64,000 nucleotides of DNA, from contig CAVOUI010000012.1 in the NCBI GenBank assembly GCA_963699525.1, forward strand, positions 47,839 through 111,838, given 5' to 3'. The stretch is from an uncultured beta proteobacterium (GTDB lineage: Bacteria; Pseudomonadota; Gammaproteobacteria; Burkholderiales; SG8-41). Position numbers and translations under genes: made by a program. The notes beneath the pieces were generated by a model. The model worked only from the letters and a program-made list of their open reading frames with translations. It searched no databases and had not been told where the DNA came from. Below, piece by piece: positions 9,843 to 19,442 of this stretch (position 1 is the first letter of the stretch; the number at the start of each line of letters is the position of its first letter).

Positions 9843-10307
9843 ATGGCCCACGGTAGGCTCGTCTTTGTCATGCCTGCGGGTAGCCCGGACGCGTTCGAAG
9901 CTTTCTTCAATCACAGCGTCAGGCTCCGCTGGGACACGCTGTTGAGCGTCAACTACGTGGAAAGCGGCGGAACGCATCCTTACGTCGGCGCCGTCTCGAC
10001 GAACCGCGGGCGCGGATGGAAAACGGGCATGACGATGCGCACGCGCTTCCTGTCCTACGATCCGCCGCGCCAGGCGTCCGCGGAACTGGTCGAACCCACG
10101 GGCCCATTCGCACTCTGGGCCGCATCGATGCGATTCAAGGACCGCGATGACGGAGGATCGGATCTGATCTACACGTATGCGATCCGGCTGCGACCCCGCT
10201 GGGTCGGTGTATTGTTAGATTGGCTTGCCGGTATCCTGTTCGCGTGGGAAACGCGGCGGCGATTTGCGGCGATGGCGGACTATTTGCGCGCGGTTCGAGA
10301 GAAGTAG
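9843..10307 (+). CDS. SRPBCC (polyketide cyclase/dehydrase-like) family protein
   Basis: ~155 aa from the ATG at 9843 inside ORF 9603-10307. Confidence 0.65.
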   Translation: MAHGRLVFVMPAGSPDAFEAFFNHSVRLRWDTLLSVNYVESGGTHPYVGAVSTNRGRGWKTGMTMRTRFLSYDPPRQASAELVEPTGPFALWAASMRFKDRDDGGSDLIYTYAIRLRPRWVGVLLDWLAGILFAWETRRRFAAMADYLRAVREK

Positions 10308-10360
10308 GGTCAATCAGGCTTTTCAATTATCAGTTCCCGCAATAGACACCGGAGACGAAG

Positions 10361-10549
10361 ATGGCAAACAACGTTCAGGAAATCGTGGTGACCGATATCA
10401 GGATCCCGTTCGTGTCGATGGTCGTGCTGATGGTGAAGTGGGCGCTCGCGGCGATCCCGGCATTCATCATTCTGATTAGTATCGGGGTGGCGGTCTCGAT
10501 CCTGCTCACCGCGCTGTTCGGCCCCATGGACTGGCATGGGAGGATGTAG
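10361..10549 (+). CDS. Small hydrophobic protein (62 aa), hypothetical
   Basis: GGAG Shine-Dalgarno 7 nt upstream; two predicted TM segments. Confidence 0.35.
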   Translation: MANNVQEIVVTDIRIPFVSMVVLMVKWALAAIPAFIILISIGVAVSILLTALFGPMDWHGRM

Positions 10550-10550
10550 A

Positions 10551-10725
10551 GGACCCGGCCGCGGGGTCAGACCCCCTTGATGCGGTAGTGGCAGCCCGCC
10601 GCGGACTCGAACCGCGAACCTTCCGCTTCAGAGGCGGACGCTCTACCAATTGCGCTAGCGGGCAGCAGGTTTGCCGGACCGGGGTCCGGTCTCGTTCGAC
10701 CGTGCGCTGTCGTGGGAAGTTCGAA
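10551..10725. repeat. Direct repeat copy 2 (tRNA-Gln plus leader and trailer)
   Basis: ~90% identical to 671-846. Confidence 0.8.
10589..10664 (-). tRNA. tRNA-Gln (anticodon CTG), second copy
   Basis: Identical to the 710-785 gene. Confidence 0.8.
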
Positions 10726-10733
10726 TCGAGCCG

Positions 10734-10795
10734 GCAAAAAAAAATTAAAATGGAAAAGAACGTGAAAACAAAACGACGTAGGTCGAAAGCATGAC
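10734..10795. other. AT-rich ~60-bp filler joining repeat copy 2 to the truncated TctC gene
   Basis: gccggcaaaaaaaaattaaaatggaaaagaacgtgaaaacaaaacgacg sits in a 68% GC background. Confidence 0.6.
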
Positions 10796-11389
10796 CTGGA
10801 GATCGCCCGATACCAGGTCGATGAGCGCCGGGCCGCCGCCCTTGTAGGGCACGTGCGTCATGCGAATGCCGGCGAGCCGCTGGAAGTTCACCCCCGCGAG
10901 GTGATCGAGCTGGCCGGGCCCGGAGCTGCCGAAGCGCGTCTCATCCGTGCGCTTCTTCGCCCACTCGATGAATTGCCTCGGGTCGCGCACACCGATCGCA
11001 GGATTGACCACCATCACGTTGATGATCTCCGCCGCGCGCGTGATCGGCAGGAAATCGCGCTCCGCGTCGTACGGGAGCTTCTTGTAGAGCCACTGGCTGA
11101 TCGCGAGCGGGCCCACGCCGCCCACCAGCAGCGTGTAGCCGTCGGGCTCGGCCTTGGCGAGGAGATCCGTCGCCAGGCGCCCGGCGGCGCCCGGGCGGTT
11201 GTCGATGACGATCGTCTGGTGGAGCTGCGCGGCGAGCGGCTCGGCGACGGTGCGCCCGATGGTGTCGGCGGCCCCGGCCGCCGGGAACGGAATGAGGATG
11301 CGGATCGGGCGCACCGGGTAGCTCTGCTGCGCCCATGCCGGTGCCATCGCGATGGACAGCAGGACAGCGGTCCATGTTGCTTTCTTCAT
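10745..11389 (-). pseudogene. tctC: TctC-family substrate-binding protein, 3'-truncated at ~residue 200; the reading runs into the AT-rich filler
   Basis: Normal N-terminal ~200 aa; the C-terminus LSTYVVLFSRSFPF is read-through of the filler, and ~120 aa are missing. Confidence 0.7.
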
Positions 11390-11404
11390 CGTGGTCTCCT
11401 CCCG

Positions 11405-12448
11405 TTAGCCCCGGGTGTCGGCCCAGGGGTGAAGCACGATCTTGTGCGCTTCGACGTTGCGCGCTTCGAGCAGCTTCAGGGCGTCTTCGGCCCGCTCGAG
11501 CGGAAAGCGGTGGCTGATGTAGCGGTCGGGATCCACGCGGCCGCTCGCGATCAGCTCGAGGCACGCCGGGAATGCCCGGAAATTGCCGCGCGAGAAGTTG
11601 AGGTCGATCTCGCGATCCTTGAGGTACGCGATCGGGATCGTCGCCCGGTTCTCCGGAAACGTTCCCACCACGGTGATCTGCCCGCCGCGCTTCACGATGG
11701 CGGCGGCGTCCGCGACGGTGCGCTCCTGGAATCCTCCGACGCATTCGACCACCTTGTCGAATCCGCGCCCGCCGGTTGCGGCGAGCGCGCGGGCGCGCAG
11801 GTCGCCGGCGTCCGGATTCATCGTGTGCGGGATGCCGAGGCTGCGCGCCAGCGCCAGGCGGTAGTCGAGAAGGTCGAGTATCGTGACCTCGGCGCGCAAC
11901 GACCGCGCGATGAGCGCGGCACCGAGCCCGATCGGCCCGGCCCCGATGACCGCGACCCGCTCCCCCGGGGCCGGCTTCACCCGGTCGGCGACGGCGTGGT
12001 AGCTGATGCCGAGCACCTGCACGGCGGAGGCCTGGTCGTAGCTCACGTTCTCCGGAAGCGGATGCAGGTTGAAATCCGGCACCGCCGCGTACTCGGCGTA
12101 GGCGCCATCGCGGTCGAAGCCCATCGTCCGCAGCCGCTCGCAGATGTTGCCGCGGCCCTCGCGGCAGGGCCCGCACTGCCCGCACGGGAAATCGATGTCG
12201 CAGCAGACGCGCTGCCCGACGCGGAACCCCTTCACCGCGCCCCCGAGCGCAACGATCTCGCCGGCGAACTCGTGGCCCAGCACGCGGGGAAAGGTGAGCC
12301 GCGGGTGCTTGCCATGGTAGGCATGCAGGTCGGAGCCGCAGATCGAGCACGCGCGGACCTGGACCACCGCCTCGTTGGGCGCCGGCGCGGGATCGGGAAC
12401 GGTCTCGCGGCGCAGGTCTCCGCCGCCGTGCAGCACCATCGCCTTCAT
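11405..12448 (-). CDS. Zn-dependent alcohol dehydrogenase (MDR family)
   Basis: CSICGSDLH, GHEFAG, Rossmann GAGPIGL. Confidence 0.85.
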   Translation of the reverse strand: MKAMVLHGGGDLRRETVPDPAPAPNEAVVQVRACSICGSDLHAYHGKHPRLTFPRVLGHEFAGEIVALGGAVKGFRVGQRVCCDIDFPCGQCGPCREGRGNICERLRTMGFDRDGAYAEYAAVPDFNLHPLPENVSYDQASAVQVLGISYHAVADRVKPAPGERVAVIGAGPIGLGAALIARSLRAEVTILDLLDYRLALARSLGIPHTMNPDAGDLRARALAATGGRGFDKVVECVGGFQERTVADAAAIVKRGGQITVVGTFPENRATIPIAYLKDREIDLNFSRGNFRAFPACLELIASGRVDPDRYISHRFPLERAEDALKLLEARNVEAHKIVLHPWADTRG

Positions 12449-12668
12449 AGGAAAAGTGGGGTCAGACTCGACTTTCCGGGAATGTATCACGCCAAACATC
12501 GGCCAGCGCCACCGGGGACACGCCCCTCGTGGCGGGTGAATGATGAAATGTGCATCTGACGCAAAATTCCTGCGTCAGGCGACGGCGAGGAAGGACGATC
12601 CCGCGACTAAAGTGTGGTCCACATCGGGCAGGCGATTTCCGCAGGCCCGAATACCAGAGGAGACCATC

Positions 12669-12911
12669 ATGATCGACCGTAACAAGCATGGCCGTGAGTC
12701 GGGAATGTCGTACCCGTGGGCGCTTGCCGTTGCCGGAATCGCGATCTTCGCAGTCGTGGTGACCGGGTCGTTCACCATGCGGATGCAGGCCATTGCGGCG
12801 CCCAGCGCCTCGACCGAGTCCGCCGCGACTGTGGACAGCCCGACCGTCTATTTCCCGGCGCAGTACGTCAACCAGGCGACCGAGATCGAGCCGCTGCCGC
12901 CGACGTTCTGA
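12669..12911 (+). CDS. Small membrane-anchored hypothetical protein (80 aa)
   Basis: GAGGAGA Shine-Dalgarno before the ATG; one TM helix. Confidence 0.4.
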   Translation: MIDRNKHGRESGMSYPWALAVAGIAIFAVVVTGSFTMRMQAIAAPSASTESAATVDSPTVYFPAQYVNQATEIEPLPPTF

Positions 12912-13083
12912 GCTCTAAGGAACACGCTTTTTTGCGCGCGGAGCCGTCGTCGCGTCCCCCGGCGCGGCGGCGGCCTCTGCCCGGAAACGCCGGTCTCGCC
13001 CAAGACGCTGTCCGCCGAGGCGAAGACGGAGCGCTGGAAGAAGATCTGGTTCTCCGACGTGACGCTGCGCGTAGCCTAGGGCG

Positions 13084-14058
13084 TCATTGCTGAAGCCCTG
13101 CAGCTTCAGCCACCCGTACCCACTTCGCGATCTCGCCGCGGATGAACGCGCCGAAGTCGGCCGGGCTCTGCGTCATGGGGCGCGAGCCGTCCGCCGCCAT
13201 ATGGTTCACGACGTCGGGCATTGCGGCGGCCTTGACGAGCTCGCCGTGCAGGCGTTCCACGATCGCGGGCGGCGTGCCCGTCCTGACGGATATGCCGTTC
13301 CAGATGAGGTGCTCGAAGCCCTTCACGCCGGATTCGGCGATCGTCGGATATTCCGGCAGCAGCGGCCAGCGCTCGGCGCTGCCCATGCCGAGGTTGCGGA
13401 TGCGGCCGGCCTTCACGTGCGGCAGCGATGAGATCGGGTTGGTGAACGCGCAGGTGACCTCGCCGGAGAGGAGGGCGGTCGTGACGAGCGCGCTGCCCTT
13501 GTAGGGAACGTGCAGGAGGTCGACGCGGGCCTCGATCCGGAACAGCTCCCCGCCGAAGTGGGAGCCGCTGCCGATGCCCGCGGAGCCGAAGGTGATTTCT
13601 TTCGGCCGGGCCCGCGCCAGGGCGATGAACTCCTTGACGGAGCGCACCGGCAGCGACGCATGCACGATCAATGCGCCCGGCACCACCGCGAGGCGCGTCA
13701 CCGGCGCGAAATCATTGACCGGATCGAACGGCAGCTTGCGGACGAGCGCAGGCGCCGACGTGAAGGACGTGCTGACGAGATACAGCGTGTAGCCGTCCGC
13801 CGGCGCCTTGGCGACAGTTTCAGAGGCGATGACGCCGGCCGCTCCCGGACGGTTCTCCACGATCACCGGCTGGCCCAGGCTCGCCGTGAGCCGTGTGCCG
13901 ATCAGGCGCGCGGTCGTGTCGTTGCCGCCACCGGGGGCGAGCGGAACGATGATCCGCAGCGGCTTGGCGGGGTAGCCCTGCGCGTGCGCTACCCCGAGGC
14001 AGAAGGCAGAAGTCAGAAGGCAGAAAGCAACGAAGCGCCTCACGATCTTCTCCTTCAT
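13084..14058 (-). CDS. tctC: TctC-family substrate-binding protein
   Basis: Signal peptide, IIVPLAPGGGND, ENRPGAAG. Confidence 0.85.
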   Translation of the reverse strand: MKEKIVRRFVAFCLLTSAFCLGVAHAQGYPAKPLRIIVPLAPGGGNDTTARLIGTRLTASLGQPVIVENRPGAAGVIASETVAKAPADGYTLYLVSTSFTSAPALVRKLPFDPVNDFAPVTRLAVVPGALIVHASLPVRSVKEFIALARARPKEITFGSAGIGSGSHFGGELFRIEARVDLLHVPYKGSALVTTALLSGEVTCAFTNPISSLPHVKAGRIRNLGMGSAERWPLLPEYPTIAESGVKGFEHLIWNGISVRTGTPPAIVERLHGELVKAAAMPDVVNHMAADGSRPMTQSPADFGAFIRGEIAKWVRVAEAAGLQQ

Positions 14059-14087
14059 CCCTCATCCTCGCCCTCATCCCTGTCTTG

Positions 14088-14879
14088 TCAGATGCCTCGC
14101 GTCCTGCCGCCGTCCACGTTGATCGCGGTGCCGCTGATCAGCGACGCGCGCGCGGAGGCGAGAAACACGGCGAGGTCGGCGATCGCCTCGGGGGTGATCA
14201 CCTTGCCGAGCGGCACCTCGCGCAGGAGGTATTTCTCGGCGTCCGCGGCCGAGGTGCCGCGCTCGCGCGCGGTGATCCCGACGAGCTCGGTCCAGCGCCG
14301 CGTGGCGGTCGAGCCGGGGGCGATGGCGTTGACGGTGATGCCGAAGGGGCCGAACTCGTTCGCCATGGCCTTGGTGAGGCTCAGCGTCCCGAGATTGATC
14401 GGGCCGGACATCATCGAGTGCGCCTCGGGCTCGCGCCCGCGCGTGCCGGAGAGATTGATGATGCGGCCCTGGTCCGATTGCTTGAGATAGGGCAGCGTCT
14501 CGCGCGTCATCCGGATCAATCCCAGCGGCTTGACCCGGAAGTAGCGCTCCCATTCGTCGTCGGGGATCTCGTTGAGCCGCCCGCGGTAGGCGCCGCCGGC
14601 ACAGTTGACCAGGATATCCACTCCGCCGAGCTCGGCCGCCGCCTTCTCCACCGCGGGCTTGAGCGACTCGGGCTTATGGAAGTCGTGCCAGACGGCGAAC
14701 GCCTTCTGGCCGGGGTGCTTCGCGCGCAGCTCTGATGCGAGCGCCTCGCAGCGCTCCCGGTCGCGCCCGAACAGCGCGAGGTGCACGCCCTCGGCCGCGA
14801 AGGCCTTCGCGATGACGAGCCCGATGCCGCGGCTCGTGCCGGTGATGAAGGCCTTGCGGTTTTTCAGCCCGAGGTCCAT
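14088..14879 (-). CDS. SDR-family oxidoreductase
   Basis: TGTSRGIG plus a YxxxK-type core. Confidence 0.85.
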   Translation of the reverse strand: MDLGLKNRKAFITGTSRGIGLVIAKAFAAEGVHLALFGRDRERCEALASELRAKHPGQKAFAVWHDFHKPESLKPAVEKAAAELGGVDILVNCAGGAYRGRLNEIPDDEWERYFRVKPLGLIRMTRETLPYLKQSDQGRIINLSGTRGREPEAHSMMSGPINLGTLSLTKAMANEFGPFGITVNAIAPGSTATRRWTELVGITARERGTSAADAEKYLLREVPLGKVITPEAIADLAVFLASARASLISGTAINVDGGRTRGI

Positions 14880-15032
14880 ATCATGGCACCTGCTCTCGAC
14901 AAAGTGAGGAGTGGTGAGGGACGGGTAATGGTAACCCGAGGCATGGGAGAGGAGGACCCAAACCGTCACTCGTCGCGCGGTCGCTGTGCTAACCTCAGCC
15001 GGTTTCGTCCATCGGCGCGGAGAAGAAAATTC

Positions 15033-16031
15033 ATGAAAACGATAGATATCCACGCTCACATCGTCCCGGGGTCACTGTGGAACGCGATCGAGGCGAAGAA
15101 GGAATGGCACACCTTCCGCTACGAGCCGGGCGAGGGCATGGGCTCGATGCTGGGCGGCGGCATGCGCACGGCCTTCACCTCCCCCAAGCTGCGCTACACC
15201 GTGGAGGAGCGCTTGAAGGACATGGACGCGCAGAAGGTGGACGTGCAGGTGCTCTCGATCCACACGCCGTTCGTGGGCTATCACCTTCAAGCGGGGGAGG
15301 GGCTCGCGCTCGCGCGCGAATTCAACGACGAGCTGGGGACGATGGTGCGCCAGAATTCCGGGCGCCTCGCCGGGCTCGCGACGCTGCCGGTGCAGGACGT
15401 CAAGTCCGCGATCGGCGAGCTCGAGCGCGCGGTGACGAAGCTGGGGCTGAAGGGCGCGTCGCTCGACACGCAGGTGAACGGCAAGCAGTGGGACGAGCCC
15501 GAGTTCCTCCCGTTCTTCAAGGCCGCCGAGCAGATGGGGGCGGTCCTCTTCTACCATCCGCAGCCGCAGAACAACTTCCTCATGCAGCGGATCAAGCGCT
15601 ACGGGCTTTCCAACAGCCTGGGCGTGATCCTCGACGACGCGATCGTGGTGGGCGTGCTGATCTGCGGCGGCGTGCTGGAGAAATGCCCGGATCTCAAGGT
15701 CTGCATCGCTCACGGCGGCGGGCCCGCGTGCTACGCGATGGGGCGGATCGACCGCAACTGGCACGACCGGCCGGCGACGCGCAACACGCCGCAGCCGCCG
15801 GGCGCGTACCAGAAGAAGCTCTACTACGATACCGTCGTCGCCGGCGAGGAAGCGCTGCGCTTCCTGATCGACCGGGTGGGCGCCGACCGGGTGGTGCTCG
15901 GCAGCGACTGGCCGTTCGTGCTGTGGCACCCGTCGCCGGTCGCGTGGGTGCAGGGCCTGAAGTCGCTCACGGCGGAGGAGAAGGAGAAGATCCTTTGGAA
16001 AAATCTGTCGACGCTGCTCGGCATTCGATAA
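15033..16031 (+). CDS. Amidohydrolase-2 family protein (ACMSD-like metal-dependent hydrolase/decarboxylase)
   Basis: IDIHAHIVP, CIAHGGG, DWPF. Confidence 0.8.
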   Translation: MKTIDIHAHIVPGSLWNAIEAKKEWHTFRYEPGEGMGSMLGGGMRTAFTSPKLRYTVEERLKDMDAQKVDVQVLSIHTPFVGYHLQAGEGLALAREFNDELGTMVRQNSGRLAGLATLPVQDVKSAIGELERAVTKLGLKGASLDTQVNGKQWDEPEFLPFFKAAEQMGAVLFYHPQPQNNFLMQRIKRYGLSNSLGVILDDAIVVGVLICGGVLEKCPDLKVCIAHGGGPACYAMGRIDRNWHDRPATRNTPQPPGAYQKKLYYDTVVAGEEALRFLIDRVGADRVVLGSDWPFVLWHPSPVAWVQGLKSLTAEEKEKILWKNLSTLLGIR

Positions 16032-16060
16032 CGGCGGCACTTATTGAAAAGGGGATCAAG

Positions 16061-17026
16061 ATGAAGTTTGCATTGCGCATGGCGGCATCCATCCTGGCGC
16101 TTGGCGTCGCACCCGCGGCGTTGGGGCAGAGCTTTCCCAGCAAGCCGATACGGATGATCATGCCGTGGAACCCGGGCGGGACGACGGACACGACCGCGCG
16201 GATACTCGGGCAGAAGATGACCGAGACGTGGGGCCAGCCCGTCGTGATCGACACGCGCCCCGGGGCGAGCGGGATCATCGGCACCGAGATCGCCATGCGG
16301 TCGCCTGCCGACGGCTATACGCTGCTGCACGCGAACATGAGCCAGTGGGCGACGGCCCCGAGTCTGTTCAAGGTCGCCTATGACCCGGTGCGCGATTTCG
16401 TGGCGGTGAGCCTGGTCGCCACCGCGCCGCAGCTGCTGGTGGTTTCGTTGAACATCAAGGTAACGTCCGTCGGGGAGTTGGTTCAGCTCGCGAAGGCCCA
16501 GCCCGGGAAGCTCAACTACGGCTCGGGCGGAGCGGCGACGCTCGCGTACCTGGGGGGCGAGCTCTTCAAGAAGCTCGCGGGAGTGAATATCGTGCACGTT
16601 CCGTACCGCGGGACGATCTTCGCGGTCACCGACACGATGGGCGGCCGGCTGCAGATCGTTTTTTCCGATATGCCGATCGCGCTGCCGCATGCCCGGGCCG
16701 GCAAGATCCGCGCGCTCGCGGTCACCGGCGCCAAGCGCACGCCGCTCGTGCCCGACATGCCGACCGTGGCGGAAGCCGGCGTTCGGGGATACGAGCTCGA
16801 GAATTCCTGGGGCGTAATGGCGCCCAAAGGGGTGCCGGCTCCCATTCTCGCGAAGCTCAACGCGGAGATCGTCCGGGTGCACAACCTGCCGGACGTGAAG
16901 GAGCGTTACGCGACGCTCGGGCTGGAATCCGTCAGCAGCACGCCCGAAAAGTTCGCCGAGTTGATCCGGGCCGATGTCGCCAAGTTCTCGGCCCTCATCA
17001 AGGAGACGGGCGCGAAGGTGGACTGA
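16061..17026 (+). CDS. tctC: TctC-family substrate-binding protein
   Basis: Signal peptide, RMIMPWNPGGTTD. Confidence 0.85.
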   Translation: MKFALRMAASILALGVAPAALGQSFPSKPIRMIMPWNPGGTTDTTARILGQKMTETWGQPVVIDTRPGASGIIGTEIAMRSPADGYTLLHANMSQWATAPSLFKVAYDPVRDFVAVSLVATAPQLLVVSLNIKVTSVGELVQLAKAQPGKLNYGSGGAATLAYLGGELFKKLAGVNIVHVPYRGTIFAVTDTMGGRLQIVFSDMPIALPHARAGKIRALAVTGAKRTPLVPDMPTVAEAGVRGYELENSWGVMAPKGVPAPILAKLNAEIVRVHNLPDVKERYATLGLESVSSTPEKFAELIRADVAKFSALIKETGAKVD

Positions 17027-17057
17027 TACGAGGGATGAGGATAGGTGACCCGGGCGC

Positions 17058-17789
17058 ATGAAGATGCTCGAGGGGAAGACGGTTGCGATGACGGGCGGCG
17101 GCGGCGCACTCGGGCGCTGCTACGGCCTCGCCATGGCAAAAGCCGGCGCGGCCATCGCGGTATCGGACGTCAAACTCGCCGCTGCGCAGGCGACGGCGGA
17201 CGCCATCGTTAAGGCCGGTGGCCGCGCGATCGCGGTCCAGACGGACGTGACCCGGGCGGCGGCGTTCGAGCAGCTCCTCGATCGCGCCGAGGCCGCGTTC
17301 GGTCCGCTCGACGTGCTGCTCAACATTGCCGGCATCTTTCCGCGGCGGGCGCTCGTGGATTTGCCGGAGGAGGAGTGGGACGCGGTAATCACGACCAATC
17401 TGAAAAGCGTCTACCTCGGCGCCCGCGCCGCGATCCGCCGCATGCTGCCGCGCAAGCGCGGAGTGGTCCTCAGCACGGCCTCCGGAACCGGAATCCGGGG
17501 GCAGCCCAATTCATCGGCCTATTCCGCCTCCAAGGCGGGGATCATCGGCTTCACCCGCGCGGTTTCGCTCGAGCTCAAAGACTCGGGCGTGCGCATCAAC
17601 TGCTTCGGCCCCGGCGCGACGGACACTCCGCTCTGGCGCGTCGGCAAAAGCGAGCAGGACATCAAGCGCCTGCTGGCCGCGGGCTACGTCTATCAGCCGG
17701 ACGATTTCTCGAACGTCGTCGTGTTCCTCGCGAGCGACCTGTCCGCGCCGTTGAACGGCGAGTTCATCAGCCGCGACTTGCACCGCTAG
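17058..17789 (+). CDS. SDR-family oxidoreductase
   Basis: MTGGGGALG, NIAG, YSASKAG. Confidence 0.85.
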   Translation: MKMLEGKTVAMTGGGGALGRCYGLAMAKAGAAIAVSDVKLAAAQATADAIVKAGGRAIAVQTDVTRAAAFEQLLDRAEAAFGPLDVLLNIAGIFPRRALVDLPEEEWDAVITTNLKSVYLGARAAIRRMLPRKRGVVLSTASGTGIRGQPNSSAYSASKAGIIGFTRAVSLELKDSGVRINCFGPGATDTPLWRVGKSEQDIKRLLAAGYVYQPDDFSNVVVFLASDLSAPLNGEFISRDLHR

Positions 17790-18313
17790 CGCGAGCCCGC
17801 CGGCGCGACGAGCTGGCGGGCGACCTCATCCACGTGGCGCAGCGTGAGCGCCCGGACTTCCTCCGGCTTGAGGTTGCTGATCGGGTGCGGCAGCGCGACG
17901 AACGGGTGCCCGGCCATGCCCCGGCCGCGGAACTGGAACTCGGCCGCCTTGAGGAAGGCGGTCGTGATGACGACGGTGGCGGGAATGCCGCGTTTCTCGA
18001 ACTCGATGGTGTCGTGCACACTGCACAACGTGCACGAGCCTCACCCGCCGAGCGCCGCGACGGCGACTTGCGCCTCCTTTGCCATTTCATCGATCAGGGC
18101 ATCCGGTGCGGGCTTCGAGTAGTGGTCCTTCCGCCGCAGGATGACGCGCGCAGCGCCGTAGCGCTCGCGCAGCGCGGCGCCGATCGTCTCGAGAATGATG
18201 TCGCCCTGCTCCTTGGTGTTGTCGAGCAGCGCCACGACCTTGCCCGCGAGGCTGGCGGGGCGCGGCGCGGCTGCGATTGCGCGGACGCCGCTGCCGGCGC
18301 TGGGGTCGATCAA
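17786..18313 (-). CDS. Candidate UGSC-family selenoprotein with an in-frame TGA (Sec) at 18041-18043 and a SECIS-like hairpin
   Basis: ORF 18041-18313 ends ...AVAALGG-TGA and continues in the same frame as GSCTLCSVHDTIEF (ORF 17786-18028), giving GG-U-GSC; an 8-bp hairpin UCGUGCAC-N10-GUGCACGA begins 5 nt after the UGA. Confidence 0.6.
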
Positions 18314-18371
18314 ATCCGGATCCTTCGCTCATGGTGTGTCCTTTCGTGTGGAGATCGGGTTCAATGGAATG

Positions 18372-19410
18372 TCACGTCGAATACGCGCGGCTCACCGCGC
18401 GGCTCGCGACCGTGATGCCGTGCATTACCAGGCTGCTCGGCGATCCGGAGCCGCCGGCGACGATCAGGTGCAGGTCGCCGGCATCGCCGACCGCGGGAAC
18501 GAACGCGCCGTCGTCGTTGAGGTTGACCTCGAAGGGCCAGCGCTTTGCGCCGGAAGCGCCGCGCCAGATGCCGCCGCGCCGGATTTCGCCCAGGCGCCGG
18601 CCGGCGCGCTCGATCAGCAGCTTGTGGACGGCGTCGCGCGACAGCCCGGCATCGGCGAATACCTGTGCATGCTGCGGGCTCAGCACCACCGCCATGTCCG
18701 CCTGGCGGTAGATGTTGCCGCCGCCGAGGGCGGACATCATGTCGGCGATCGCGACGACCAGGCGCTCCGGCTGTCTCGCTGGCGTCGTCCCATACCAGAA
18801 CCGGGCCCTCGAGCGGAATCGCGGTCACGACGTTTTCCCCGGGCCCGAACCCGTGCGCGCTCGCGTACGACGGCCACGGGCTCTCGGCTTCGTTCTCGGC
18901 GACGCAGTAGGTATAGCGCCACGGCCCGCCGAATCCGCTCAACGCCGTGATCCCGGGAATGCCGCCGCCGAGATTCATCATCATGAGGCGCAGCGCGCGG
19001 CCGATGGTTGCGTTTGCCCGGAAGCCGGGCCCGAAGCAGCCGACGCCGCCATGCAGCCCGATTTCCGCGGCGTACGGCCCGTTGACGAGGACGAAAGGCG
19101 CGCCCGCGCTCGTCGTCGCCTGCAGCAGGAGCAGATTGAAGCGTTCCTCGAGCACGCATTCCATGGCGCCGATCACCACCGGCAGGTAGGCGGGCATGCA
19201 GCCCGCCATCACGGCGTGCAGCGCGATCGCGCGCACCGTGGCCGGCGCCATGAGCGGCGGCACGTCGCCGATCGATTCGTCGGGATCGCGCGACGTCGCG
19301 GCCAGCATGGCGGCGAGCCGCTCTTCGGTGGGCGGGACGACCGGCAGGCCGTCCGACCATTCCTTGTCGAAGAAATTCTCGATGGCTTTTTCGGTTTCGT
19401 TCATCGCCAT
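18372..19410 (-). pseudogene. Conserved hypothetical protein (~345 aa) with a frameshift near 18750
   Basis: The N-terminal 200 aa are protein-like in the 18361-19410 frame; the C-terminal 120 aa continue in the 18372-18740 frame. Confidence 0.5.
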
Positions 19411-19442
19411 CGCTTTCGAGGCGCGATCCCGCGCGCGGGACG

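Noticed and set aside
847-10550. Prophage or ICE between the tRNA-Gln repeats
   Set aside because: No integrase, excisionase, phage structural or conjugation genes are present, so only a remnant or duplication junction can be proposed.
10853-12559. 568-aa and 469-aa ORFs overlapping the truncated TctC and the alcohol dehydrogenase
   Set aside because: Alternative-frame and antisense artefacts of GC-rich coding sequence; the real genes have clear family motifs.
15077-17026. 649-aa ORF suggesting one large fusion protein
   Set aside because: It is the antisense or alternate frame of the amidohydrolase followed in-frame by a genuine TctC gene with its own Shine-Dalgarno and ATG at 16061. Only the TctC part is real.
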